A DNA stretch of 63,972 nt from Alphaproteobacteria bacterium (GCA_031291395.1 JARLJD010000021.1:1-63972), one strand, 5' to 3'; shown: positions 10,543-19,907, numbered from the stretch's first letter. Numbers and translations: made by a program. The notes: generated by a model from the letters alone, not told the origin.

Positions 10543-10583
10543 CAGCGTCATCCCCGCGCATGCGGGGATGACGCTGGTTTTTT
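10543..10583 (+). terminator. Family A single-hairpin copy (A2) plus T-run; terminator candidate for hemG
   Basis: Perfect 15-bp stem CAGCGTCATCCCCGC / GCGGGGATGACGCTG with loop GCAT, followed by GTTTTTTG. It lies between convergent hemG and the pyrD-like gene. Confidence 0.65.
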
Positions 10584-10599
10584 GTCGGAATCTCAACAC

Positions 10600-11673
10600 T
10601 CACCCACGCCGCTCTGCCAACGCCTGCATGATTTCTTTGACCAGCGCGGGGCCTTTGTAGACAAGGCCGGTGTAGAGTTGGATCGCGTTCGCGCCTGCGT
10701 CAAGAAGGCGCAGCGCGTCCGCGCCGCTTTGCACGCCGCCGACGCCAATGATCGGCATATCCTTGCCGACAAGCGCGCGGATTTCCTTGACCATAAAGCA
10801 GGCGATGGGCAGAAGACCGGGGCCGCTGTAGCCGCCGATCGGGTTACCGCCGTGTTTGGGCCAATCAATGTCAAGGCCTTGCACCAAGCTGCGATCGGCA
10901 TGCGCAAGCGTATTGGTCGCCATAAAACCGTCAACGCCCGCCTCTGTCGCCGCGCCGACCATACGGCTTAGAACGGCTTGATCCATAGTGGGGCCGAGTT
11001 TGAGGAGGACGGGTTTGCCTTGCGCCGCGTCCTTGCAAGCCTTGATTTGCTCGGCTGCCGTCTGTTCAGGCGCGTCTTTGTAGCAGTCGTGTTCGAGATT
11101 AGGGCAAGAGGCGTTCAGCGTCAGGTAATCGACCAGAGGACTGCAGGCTTTGGCAAGCTGCGCGAATTCCTCTAGCTTGCCCTCGACCGACCCGATGTTT
11201 GCGCCGAGCATGAGATTTTTCCGTTCAGGCTTGTCCTGAAACGACCGCAGATTATCAAGAACCGGCTCCATGCCTTCGCTCGGCCAGCCCATCCAGTTGA
11301 TAAGCCCCTGCTCCGGCTTAAGCCGCCACAAACGCGGCTTGGGATTGCCCGGACGCCGATCGACCGTCACCGTTCCGGCTTCGACCATGCCAAAGCCCAT
11401 ACGCGACCAGCCCGCCAGCGCTTCGGCTTTTTTATCCGCGCCGCCTGCAACGCCGATGGGATTGCGCAATCTTTTGCCGAATAGGGAAAGGCTGAGGTCT
11501 GTTTTCTCCCGCGCCCGCGGCCCCGCTCCGTATTTCAGAGCCATAATCGTCACATGATGGGCATCCTCGCACGGAAGAAGGCGCAGCAATCGCATCAGCA
11601 TGTCGGTACCTTTCAGGAAAGCGCAATGTATGCAGCAAAACCCAACGGCCTTGAATCGCGAGAAACCCGTCAT
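10600..11673 (-). CDS. Dihydroorotate dehydrogenase-like flavoenzyme (class 2-like N-terminus, Cys at the catalytic-base position)
   Basis: Contains GFGMVEAGTVT, RRPGNPKPRLWRL and GLINWMGW (class 2 style), then LNASCPN, IIGVGGV and QLYTGLVYKGP. The start could instead be the internal MLMRLL. Confidence 0.7.
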   Translation of the reverse strand: MTGFSRFKAVGFCCIHCAFLKGTDMLMRLLRLLPCEDAHHVTIMALKYGAGPRAREKTDLSLSLFGKRLRNPIGVAGGADKKAEALAGWSRMGFGMVEAGTVTVDRRPGNPKPRLWRLKPEQGLINWMGWPSEGMEPVLDNLRSFQDKPERKNLMLGANIGSVEGKLEEFAQLAKACSPLVDYLTLNASCPNLEHDCYKDAPEQTAAEQIKACKDAAQGKPVLLKLGPTMDQAVLSRMVGAATEAGVDGFMATNTLAHADRSLVQGLDIDWPKHGGNPIGGYSGPGLLPIACFMVKEIRALVGKDMPIIGVGGVQSGADALRLLDAGANAIQLYTGLVYKGPALVKEIMQALAERRG

Positions 11674-11730
11674 TTCCTACTTTACCAAAAGGTGCGACAC
11701 TGCAGCCTTCGAAAATGACGTGGTTTAATT

Positions 11731-13029
11731 CTACCGGATATAAACGTGAACCTCTGGCGTCTGCGCTGTGTCGGCTTGCGTGTTGGCCAACGTGATGCGC
11801 GAGGGCGAGAGGCCGAGTTGAATGAGCGAACGTTTAACATCGTCGGCGTCGTTTTTCGCCGTTTGCTGTTGTTCGGCCAAGGCCGCCGGATCGCCGCTGG
11901 CGGGCGACACGGCAACAATCGAAAATTCCGCATTCGGGCGGCGTTCAATCGCAGCGCCGACGGCTTGCGACAATTGCTGCTCATAATCCACATGCGGTTG
12001 GTTATAGCGAATGAGAACCAGCAGGCGTCCAACAGAAGGCGCAACGCCAACATTAGGGTTGCTGGTGGCGATGCTGGAGGCGACGGGCATCGCCCGCTCG
12101 CCGCTTTCCTGCATCAAATCGCGTGGCGACATAGGCGCCGGCCCCAGCGAGCTTTGGGTAACCGGCACCGCCGGTGCTGCCCGCGGCGCATAGGACGAAT
12201 TGACAGGAGGAAGCGAGACCACAGGGGCGGAGTTCACGATCACCGGACGGTTCGCCAGACTGTTGCCCAGCAATTCGCCGCGGCTGATGGCAAAAGCCAA
12301 AGCCTGAAGGTTGCCACGTTCCGTCGTCAGATAAGTGGACTGGCGCTCAATGTCAGCCGTCGTCTGGTTGCGCAGATAGTCGAGCTGAACCACCAGGCGG
12401 CTGACTTCGTCATGCAACAGCTTTAATTGGTCATGATCTTCATCGACCGCGCCCGACAAATCGAAGGCAGCCTGTACCGAATCGAGCAGATACGAAGCGA
12501 CTGAAGCGTCGGCATCGACCGAAACCTGAAGCGAGTTCAGCTTGTTAAGCGATGAGGTGACTTCGCCTAGGCTGGCGTCCGCTTCTTCCCATTGGCGAAG
12601 CAGAATGGGGTTGCCTTTGGTGGTGCCGTTTTGCAAACGCGCGGTGATCGCGGCGACTGTGCTGTGATACTGAACCGCACCGGCCGCGCCGCTTGTGCGC
12701 AAAATGGCGAATTCATTGGAATTCAGGTTGACGGAAGAGCGCAAGCGTAAAACTTCGTCGCGCAAAGCCGCCGCGCGGTTGCCGACGACCGTGCCGCTGG
12801 AAGGGCCGAAATTAGCGAGGCTGTCCGTGCCATCGCTTGAGGAGGCCATGGCCAGCGAGGGATCGATCGAGGTGGGTGCTGCCGGAGGGGGAGCTTCGCT
12901 GACGGTTTGCGTCAGGCTGTCGTCAGGCGTGGCGCTGTTGGCGGCGAAAGCCGGAGCCAATGCCAGCAGCAGCGCCATTGAAGCGGCAAGAAGGCTGGAT
13001 TTGGTTATTTTCATGCCTTGGATCGACAT
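11731..13029 (-). CDS. Exported protein of unknown function (signal peptide, coiled-coil-like centre, conserved C-terminal domain)
   Basis: N-terminal signal sequence LLAASMALLLALAPAFAANS. A GAGGG RBS-like motif lies about 9 nt upstream of the ATG at 13029. The C-terminus reads LIRYNQPHVDYEQQL...EVHVYIR. Confidence 0.6.
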   Translation of the reverse strand: MSIQGMKITKSSLLAASMALLLALAPAFAANSATPDDSLTQTVSEAPPPAAPTSIDPSLAMASSSDGTDSLANFGPSSGTVVGNRAAALRDEVLRLRSSVNLNSNEFAILRTSGAAGAVQYHSTVAAITARLQNGTTKGNPILLRQWEEADASLGEVTSSLNKLNSLQVSVDADASVASYLLDSVQAAFDLSGAVDEDHDQLKLLHDEVSRLVVQLDYLRNQTTADIERQSTYLTTERGNLQALAFAISRGELLGNSLANRPVIVNSAPVVSLPPVNSSYAPRAAPAVPVTQSSLGPAPMSPRDLMQESGERAMPVASSIATSNPNVGVAPSVGRLLVLIRYNQPHVDYEQQLSQAVGAAIERRPNAEFSIVAVSPASGDPAALAEQQQTAKNDADDVKRSLIQLGLSPSRITLANTQADTAQTPEVHVYIR

Positions 13030-13207
13030 TGTGGATCACCCTCGTTGAGAAGCTGCTTCGCGTCGTAGAAACCGCGCAGCGGTAAATTATAGCCCGAATC
13101 TGTATCTGTCTAACGGATAGTTGGCAAGAATCCAAGCCCTTACGTAAAAAGGAGGAAGTAATGCGAAAAGGTGTAGCATTTTCGACGCTTGTCCGGCCCT
13201 TACTCCT

Positions 13208-13277
13208 CGTAGGAGCGGCTTCCAGCCGCGACCTTCTGTTTTTATAAACGCGGTCGCGGCTGGAAGCCGCTCCTACG
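13208..13277. repeat. Family B REPIN-like repeat, copy B2
   Basis: CGTAGGAGCGGCTTCCAGCCGCGAC, a 20-nt spacer, then GTCGCGGCTGGAAGCCGCTCCTACG. It ends 1 nt from the rnr stop codon. Confidence 0.9.
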
Positions 13278-13278
13278 A

Positions 13279-15153
13279 TCATCGTGATCGTTGCCGCCGA
13301 TTCGGCTTTCGGGCTTTCGCGGGTGACGACGACGCCGTTCCTTCCTCCTCAATAATCTCCAACGCCATACTTCCGGTCAAACGGTCGGCTTGGGTCAGTT
13401 TGACGGTGACCGGCTGCGCCAATTGATACACCTTCTTCGTTCTCCGTCCGACCAAAGCCTGACGCTTTTCGTCGTGGAAATAATAATCGTCGGGCAGCGA
13501 GTTCAGGGGAATAATGCCGTCTGCCCCCGTCTCATCCATACGCGCGAACAACCCAAATCGCGCGACGCCGCTGATCCGTGCGGAAAAGGTCGCGCCGACG
13601 CGGTCGGCCATAAACAAAGTAATGAATCGATCAACGGCGTCGCGCTCGGCTGCGGCAGAGCGGCGCTCAGTCGTGGAGATATGCGCGGCGATGTCTTCCA
13701 GCTTTTCGATCTCGCGTTCCGTCAAACCGTCCTCACCCAATTTGCAAGCGCGAATCAAGCCGCGATGCACGACCAGATCGGCGTAACGGCGGATGGGCGA
13801 GGTGAAATGCGCGTATTTGGCCAAGGCCAAACCGAAATGCCCGATGTTTTCGGGGCTATAAACGGCCTGCGATTGGCTGCGCAGCATCATTTCGTTGACG
13901 ACTTGCGCGTGGGGCCCTCCGGCTGCGTTTTCCAGAATTTGCGTTAGGAAACGCGGGTGCAACTGCTTTTCCGGCACCAAAGAAATTCCCAGCGTGTCCA
14001 GAAAATCGCGCAAGCCTTCCAGTTTCATTTCGGTTGGCTTGTCATGAACGCGATACAGGCACACCCCGCCTTTGCCCTCCAACTGCGCCGCCGCGGCGAC
14101 ATTGGCCGTAATCATAAACTCTTCGATCAACCGGTGGCTGTCGAGCCGTTCGCGGATTTTGATCGCTTTGACTTTGCCATCTTCGATCTCGACCTTGCGT
14201 TCGGGCAGATCAAGCTCCAGCGTGCCACGCTTGCCGCGCGCATGAAGCAGACAGCGAAAGGCGCCGTAAAGCGGTTTTAAAACCGTTTCCACCAAAGGCC
14301 GCGCGACGACATCCGCCTTGCCGTCGATCGCGGCCTGCGCCTGTTCATAAGTCAGCCGCGCGTGGGATCGCATAACGCCGCGCACGAATTGCCAGCGCGT
14401 CAACTCCCCCGCTTTATCCAGCCATAAATGCGCCGCCAAGCAAGCGCGGTCGACATGGGGTTTCAGCGAACACAGCTCGTTGCTCAAAGCCTCCGGCAAC
14501 ATCGGCACGACGCGATCGGGGAAATAGGTCGAATTGCCCCGCTCAAAAGCTGTTTTGTCGAGCGCGCTGTTCGGCCTGACATAATGCGCTACATCGGCGA
14601 TCGCGACGATCAAATGCCAACCGTCCCCGTCGCTCTCGGCAAAAACCGCGTCGTCGAAATCCCGCGCATCCGCGCCGTCGATGGTGACAAGCGGGATTTG
14701 GCGGAGGTCCGTGCGGTTTCCCAGCGCAACTGGCTGCGCGGCATCGGCTTCGGCAATCGCTTCTTTGGGAAATTCGTCCGGAATATCATGCGTGGCGATG
14801 GCGATCAAACTGACGGCGCGGGGGGAATTGATGTCGCCCAAAACCTCGATCAGTTTGGCCTCGCGCGCGCGCCAACGCTGGCTATGGGTTTTCTCTGCGA
14901 CGGCGATTAAGCCTTCTTCCAGATGAAATTTTGGCTTGACGTGCAGCGTATAATCCCCGCGTTCGCGCCGGTTGGTCGATTGCAAACGCCAGCCGGTTCC
15001 CGCGCGGGCGATAACGCCCACAACGCGGGAGGATTCCTCACGTTCCCGCACTCCGCCGCCACGGTCGGCTTTCGCGCCGCGCTTAGGTTTAAGATTAGGC
15101 TTGCGTCCGGACTTGACGGGTTTGGAGCGCTTGGAACGCGAGGAAGTTTTCAT
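13279..15153 (-). CDS. rnr: Ribonuclease R (RNB family 3'-5' exoribonuclease)
   Basis: RNB core (DGADARDFDDAV, HYVRPNS, YFPDRVVPMLP, HFGLA...YAHFTSPIRRYADLVVHR), a C-terminal S1-like region and a basic tail. Confidence 0.85.
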   Translation of the reverse strand: MKTSSRSKRSKPVKSGRKPNLKPKRGAKADRGGGVREREESSRVVGVIARAGTGWRLQSTNRRERGDYTLHVKPKFHLEEGLIAVAEKTHSQRWRAREAKLIEVLGDINSPRAVSLIAIATHDIPDEFPKEAIAEADAAQPVALGNRTDLRQIPLVTIDGADARDFDDAVFAESDGDGWHLIVAIADVAHYVRPNSALDKTAFERGNSTYFPDRVVPMLPEALSNELCSLKPHVDRACLAAHLWLDKAGELTRWQFVRGVMRSHARLTYEQAQAAIDGKADVVARPLVETVLKPLYGAFRCLLHARGKRGTLELDLPERKVEIEDGKVKAIKIRERLDSHRLIEEFMITANVAAAAQLEGKGGVCLYRVHDKPTEMKLEGLRDFLDTLGISLVPEKQLHPRFLTQILENAAGGPHAQVVNEMMLRSQSQAVYSPENIGHFGLALAKYAHFTSPIRRYADLVVHRGLIRACKLGEDGLTEREIEKLEDIAAHISTTERRSAAAERDAVDRFITLFMADRVGATFSARISGVARFGLFARMDETGADGIIPLNSLPDDYYFHDEKRQALVGRRTKKVYQLAQPVTVKLTQADRLTGSMALEIIEEEGTASSSPAKARKPNRRQRSR

Positions 15154-15291
15154 TTTTATTCTTACAACCGGTCAAGTTTCAATCATTCATAAGCAAGGAT
15201 TGGCCTTCTGGCAAGGGATTGTGAGGCTGCGTGTCCGGGGGAGAATTTTTCAGATACAGGCCGGATACATGACTACAACTCTTGTGCCGCG

Positions 15292-18087
15292 TTAATTCCA
15301 CCCAAACTTCTTGATGAACCAAACCTTCACGACATGCGTCAACGCAAGATAGGCGCCGATAATTGCGGCGACGACCGGCCAGAACGTCCAAGGCAGAGCG
15401 ACAAAGCCAAGGCTGTGGGCAACATAGGAGAAAGGCAGGGCGATGCCGATCGTGCAGATCGTGATCGTCGTCAGGATTAAAGGCCAGCTGGCGCGGCTTT
15501 GGATGAAGGGAATTTTGTTGGTGCGGATGATGTGGATGATGAGCGTTTGGGTTAAAATCGATTCCACGAACCATGCCGTCTGGAACAAAGGCGCGGAAGC
15601 AAGGCTGTTCGCGCCGAAGCCGAACCACATGACGGCATAAGTCACATAATCGAAGATCGAGCTGATCGGCCCCAGAAAGATCATGAATTTGGCGATATGG
15701 GCGATGTCCCAGCGGCGCGGCTCGGTCAGATATTCCTCATCGACATTGTCGGTCGGGATCGTCGTTTGCGAAAAATCGTAAAGCAGATTGTTGGCCAGAA
15801 CCTGTATCGGCAGCATCGGCAAGAACGGCAACAAAGCGCTTGCGCCCAGCACGCTGAACATGTTGCCGAAATTCGAGCTTGCGCCCATTTTGATGTATTT
15901 GGTGATGTTGCTGAAAACCTTGCGCCCTTCTAAAACGCCCTCTTCCAAAACCATCAGGCTCTTTTCCAGCAAAATAATATCGGCGGATTCCTTGGCGATG
16001 TCGGCGGCCGTGTCGACCGAGATTCCGACGTCTGCCGCTTTCAACGCAGGGCCGTCATTGATGCCGTCGCCGAGGAATCCGACGACATGATCGCCCCGAT
16101 GCAAGGACGCGATAACGCGCGCTTTTTGCGCGGGCGAGAGTTTGGCGAACAGGGTCGTGTGTTCGACTTTCATATCCAACGCTTCGTCCGTCATATTGGT
16201 CAGATCGCTGCCCAACAAGACGCCTTCAACGGTCAGGTTCACGTCCTTGCAAATGCGCAGGGCGACGATGTCGTTGTCGCCGGTCAGAATTTTGACCTTG
16301 ATGCCGTGGCCTTCCAAGGCGGCGATTGCGGGCGCCGCGCTTTCCTTGGGCGGATCGAGAAACGCGATAAAGCCGATTAGTGTCATATCGCATTCGTCGG
16401 CGACGCCGTAGGTCGCCTGTTCCGGCGGCATGTCTTTGTGGGCAACGGCTATGACGCGGAATCCGTCCTCGTTCAAATCCTGCGCCATGCGCAGCGTATC
16501 GGCATGATGCGCGGAAGTCATAGTGAAAGTCTGTCCGTTTACCTCGCCTTTGCTGCAGGCGTGCAGAATTTCCTCGACCGCGCCTTTGCAAATCAGGATA
16601 TGCTGCTTGGTGGCGTTGTTGGAAACGACCACCGACATGCGGCGGCGCACGAAATCGAAGGGAATTTCGTCGATTTTGGCGTAAGCTTGCTCGTCGATAT
16701 GCAGGTCTTTGCGCAAATCGGCCTCGGCCAAAACCGCGACGTCGAGCAGATTTTTCAAGCCCGATTGATAGAAGCTGTTCAAAAAGGCGTAGTTCAAAAC
16801 CGTGTCGTTTTCTTCGCCTTGAAGATCGACGCTCTTTTTCATAATGACTTTGTCTTGCGTCAGCGTGCCGGTTTTGTCGGTGCATAAAACGTCCATCGCG
16901 CCGAAATTCTGGATCGAGTTTAGGCGCTTGACGATGACCTTCTTGCGCGACATCGCGAGCGCGCCTTTGCTGAGGTTCACGGTCACGATCATCGGCAGCA
17001 TTTCCGGCGTCAGCCCGACGGCGACCGACATCGCGAAGATGAAAGCCTCCATCCAGTTATGCTTGGTATAGCCGTTGATCAGAAACACCAAAGGCACCAT
17101 GACCAGCATGAAACGGATCATCAGCCAGGTGAAGCGGTTGACGCCTTTTTCAAAACTGGTCAAAGTGCGCCGCCCAACGATGGAGCGCGCGAGAGAACCA
17201 AAATAAGTTTGCGCGCCTGTCGCCACGACGACGGCCTTGGCCGTGCCGCTGGTGACGTGGCTTCCCATGAAGGCGATGTTGGTCAGTTCAAGGAAATTCG
17301 TGACTTCCGAACAGGCGGGATTCCCTCTCCCCCCAAGGGGTGGGAGAGGGGCTTCGGTGGGAAATTTTTCGATCGGCATCGACTCGCCGGTCAGGGCCGA
17401 CTGATTCAGGAACAAGTCTCGCGCCGACAGAATGCGCACATCGGCGGGGATAATGTCGCCTGCCGACAGCCACACGATATCGCCCGGAACAAGATCGACA
17501 ATCGGCAATTCCAGCCGCAGCGATTTGCGCAAATCCCGCCCCGTGGGAGGCGGCTCGGCGACGGCCGGTTCGTCTTTCGCTTCTTCCGTCGGCGTTTCCT
17601 GACGCAAAACCGAGGCCGTTGTGCTGACCATAGCGCGCAATTTTTCTGCCGCATTATTGGATCTGTTTTCCTGAACGAAAGACAAGGTGACGCTAATGAT
17701 GACCATCAGCGATACAACGCCGCCGGATTCAAAATCGCCCAGAAACACGAAATTGATAATCGCCAACACCAGCAACATGATGTTGAGCGGATTCAAGACC
17801 AGACGAATGATCTGCTCGATAATGCTTTTGCGATCCTCGCGCGCGACCTGATTCTTGCCGTGAATCTCGCCGCGCTTTTCCGCTTCCTCCTCGGTCAGGC
17901 CGTCGGGATTGGTTTCGAGTTTGGCAAGCGCGTCATCGGGGGAAAGCTTGGCGATTTCGCCGAATAGATCGGAAATTTTCGCGCTTTGTCCCGCGGCGGC
18001 TTTTCTGGAAACAAAGAGTTCCTTAACCGCGCCGATTGCGCGGTCGGCGAAGGAGAGATTGCCGGACATTTGGTCGGGGGTCATCAT
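15292..18087 (-). CDS. mgtA: Magnesium-translocating P-type ATPase
   Basis: 931 aa with TGES, the phosphorylation motif CTDKTGTLT, the hinge GDGINDGPALKAADVGISV and an MgtA-like C-terminal membrane domain. Confidence 0.9.
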   Translation of the reverse strand: MMTPDQMSGNLSFADRAIGAVKELFVSRKAAAGQSAKISDLFGEIAKLSPDDALAKLETNPDGLTEEEAEKRGEIHGKNQVAREDRKSIIEQIIRLVLNPLNIMLLVLAIINFVFLGDFESGGVVSLMVIISVTLSFVQENRSNNAAEKLRAMVSTTASVLRQETPTEEAKDEPAVAEPPPTGRDLRKSLRLELPIVDLVPGDIVWLSAGDIIPADVRILSARDLFLNQSALTGESMPIEKFPTEAPLPPLGGRGNPACSEVTNFLELTNIAFMGSHVTSGTAKAVVVATGAQTYFGSLARSIVGRRTLTSFEKGVNRFTWLMIRFMLVMVPLVFLINGYTKHNWMEAFIFAMSVAVGLTPEMLPMIVTVNLSKGALAMSRKKVIVKRLNSIQNFGAMDVLCTDKTGTLTQDKVIMKKSVDLQGEENDTVLNYAFLNSFYQSGLKNLLDVAVLAEADLRKDLHIDEQAYAKIDEIPFDFVRRRMSVVVSNNATKQHILICKGAVEEILHACSKGEVNGQTFTMTSAHHADTLRMAQDLNEDGFRVIAVAHKDMPPEQATYGVADECDMTLIGFIAFLDPPKESAAPAIAALEGHGIKVKILTGDNDIVALRICKDVNLTVEGVLLGSDLTNMTDEALDMKVEHTTLFAKLSPAQKARVIASLHRGDHVVGFLGDGINDGPALKAADVGISVDTAADIAKESADIILLEKSLMVLEEGVLEGRKVFSNITKYIKMGASSNFGNMFSVLGASALLPFLPMLPIQVLANNLLYDFSQTTIPTDNVDEEYLTEPRRWDIAHIAKFMIFLGPISSIFDYVTYAVMWFGFGANSLASAPLFQTAWFVESILTQTLIIHIIRTNKIPFIQSRASWPLILTTITICTIGIALPFSYVAHSLGFVALPWTFWPVVAAIIGAYLALTHVVKVWFIKKFGWN
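17317..17352. repeat. Family C short palindrome (C1) embedded in frame within mgtA
   Basis: GGGATTCCCTCTCCCCCCAAGGGGTGGGAGAGGGGC is 36 nt and codon-aligned on the minus strand. It encodes APLPPLGGRGNP (residues 246-257) shortly after the TGES motif. Confidence 0.7.
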
Positions 18088-18102
18088 GGGAAGACTCCAA
18101 TT

Positions 18103-18426
18103 CTAAACGCTGAGAGCAGGAAACCACTCCAAGATATGAAAAAGATTTTGGCTGAGCGGGCGAAGCAATCCTATCGGCGGAATCTGCTCCTCATAAATAC
18201 GCAGCTTCTCTGTAACATCACGCGACGCCGTCGACGTAACATCCCAGCATACGCACCAGTTGTTTCCGATCTGGCGCACTGTCGTCAGAACGGCGCGTGT
18301 CAAAGTGCGCGACGCATTCGCCATCTTGTTGCCGATAAGAGCAATGCCAGCCTGAATAAATTTCAGGAGGGTGATCTTTTCGCCAGCATTTTGGCTTTCC
18401 TGTTTGAAGTATCCGATTGTTTCCAT
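18103..18426 (-). CDS. Hypothetical protein (107 aa) immediately upstream of mgtA
   Basis: The ORF stop lies 15 nt upstream of the mgtA ATG. Codon pattern looks plausible but I recognise no motif, so this could be non-coding leader. Confidence 0.3.
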   Translation of the reverse strand: METIGYFKQESQNAGEKITLLKFIQAGIALIGNKMANASRTLTRAVLTTVRQIGNNWCVCWDVTSTASRDVTEKLRIYEEQIPPIGLLRPLSQNLFHILEWFPALSV

Positions 18427-18830
18427 AGCGAACCTCTTTCATGTCTCATGCGCAAAAACTGTCAAAAATGCGGTCAAGACGGAGGTTTGTCGGATTTTTC
18501 TGCAAAAACGTGCTCCCATAGGGACAAGACGGGGCGCGCGTAAACCACGCACAGCCGCTTATGAATCGCGATGTTTGTCGTCGTCATGTTTCACCTTCCA
18601 TGCAGTCCTGCTGCCGGAAAGGTGAGCCGCCTTACGCGGAAACCTTCCTGCGGGGAGCAGGATCACTGGAGACATTGTCTGTGCGACCGTTTCTTATCGA
18701 AGGGTCGCCGCTACTGTCGCCGTCCATTGTTCTCTCTTTGGTTAATCCCGCGCTGGACTCAAACGCCCAGCGCTTGGCGCGGGATGTACACCTCTAGTGC
18801 GGGAGGAGTCAATAAAAAGGAATAGTTGCG

Positions 18831-19118
18831 TCACTTTTTATCCGTCGACACAGGCCGGATCAGCTCGCAGAGGGACTCCTCGCAGCCGATCAGAACGGCG
18901 TCGGGGCCGCTGGCTTTGTCTGCGCTCACGGTTTTGGGTAAATCGCAGGTGACCAGATAGACGGTTTCACCCTCGCTGCCCAGCAGGTTCTGGGAAACTT
19001 CTATCTTTTTGGGCGAGCAGTTGTTAAGCCGCGCCACTTCCCGCGCCTCTGGCTGATCCGCATGGGCGGGCGGGGCGAGAAGAAGAGTAAGGCAAAGGAT
19101 GAGAAAGAAGCGCGACAT
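18831..19118 (-). CDS. Small exported protein (95 aa), unknown function
   Basis: Signal peptide MSRFFLILCLTLLLAPPAHA followed by a Cys-containing mature part. Confidence 0.5.
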   Translation of the reverse strand: MSRFFLILCLTLLLAPPAHADQPEAREVARLNNCSPKKIEVSQNLLGSEGETVYLVTCDLPKTVSADKASGPDAVLIGCEESLCELIRPVSTDKK

Positions 19119-19166
19119 AGCGCAATGATAATAGAGAATTTGTTAACGGGATGTTACGATCGACCT

Positions 19167-19907
19167 ATGAACGAAATTTTGACCACATTGGACGGGCTTT
19201 TGAACCGTCGCGTGATTCTGGAACAACCTGCGGCGGGCTATCGCGTGGCGGTGGATACGGTCTTGCTGGCAGCCGCCGTTCCGGCTGCGGCGGGGGATAA
19301 AGCGCTGGATTTAGGGTGCGGTGTCGGCGGGGCGATGCTGTGCCTTGCCTGCCGCGTGGCGGGGATGACGGGAGTCGGGATCGACATTCAGCATGAGCTG
19401 GTCGAGCTTTGCCACCGCAATATCGCCCGCAACGCGTTCGCGGCGGGGTTTGAGGCGCAGCAGGAAGATGTCGCGCATTTGCCGCCCGATTTATGTGGCG
19501 CGTTCGATCATGTTTTCATGAACCCGCCTTATCATGAAGAGAACCGTCACGATGCCTCGCCGCATGCGATGAAACGCGCCGCCAATACGGAAAAAATGGG
19601 AGATTTGGCTTTGTGGATCGGCTCTGCGGCGGCGGCTTTGAAACCCTTTGGCACGCTGACGATGATTCACCGTGCCGACCGGCGGGAGGAAATACTGTCT
19701 TGTTTGCGAAATTCTTTTGGCGAAATCGAGATTTTGCCTCTTTTGCCTAAACAAGGAGTTGAACCTAAGCGTGTTATTTTCCGCGCGCGCAAGAATGCCG
19801 CTTTTTCGGTGAGAGAATGCCCGCATTTGACGCTGCATGAGGAAGGTGGGGGGTATACTGACGAGGCCGAGAGGGTTTTGCGGCATTGCGGGAGTTTGTT
19901 CATCTAG
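19167..19907 (+). CDS. SAM-dependent N6-adenine methyltransferase (TrmN6/YfiC-like)
   Basis: SAM motif LDLGCGVGG and catalytic NPPY (FMNPPYH), preceded by GYRVAVDTVLLAA. I prefer the ATG at 19167; ATG 19125 is also possible. Confidence 0.7.
   Translation: MNEILTTLDGLLNRRVILEQPAAGYRVAVDTVLLAAAVPAAAGDKALDLGCGVGGAMLCLACRVAGMTGVGIDIQHELVELCHRNIARNAFAAGFEAQQEDVAHLPPDLCGAFDHVFMNPPYHEENRHDASPHAMKRAANTEKMGDLALWIGSAAAALKPFGTLTMIHRADRREEILSCLRNSFGEIEILPLLPKQGVEPKRVIFRARKNAAFSVRECPHLTLHEEGGGYTDEAERVLRHCGSLFI

Noticed and set aside
18560-18800. Known riboswitch (M-box or cobalamin) in the structured region upstream of mgtA.
   Set aside because: Only short fragments resemble the consensus from memory (CUGCUGCCGGAAAGGUGAG, GCCGCUACUGU). 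They are on the plus strand, opposite to mgtA, and in the wrong order for an M-box. The claim is not supportable without a covariance-model scan.
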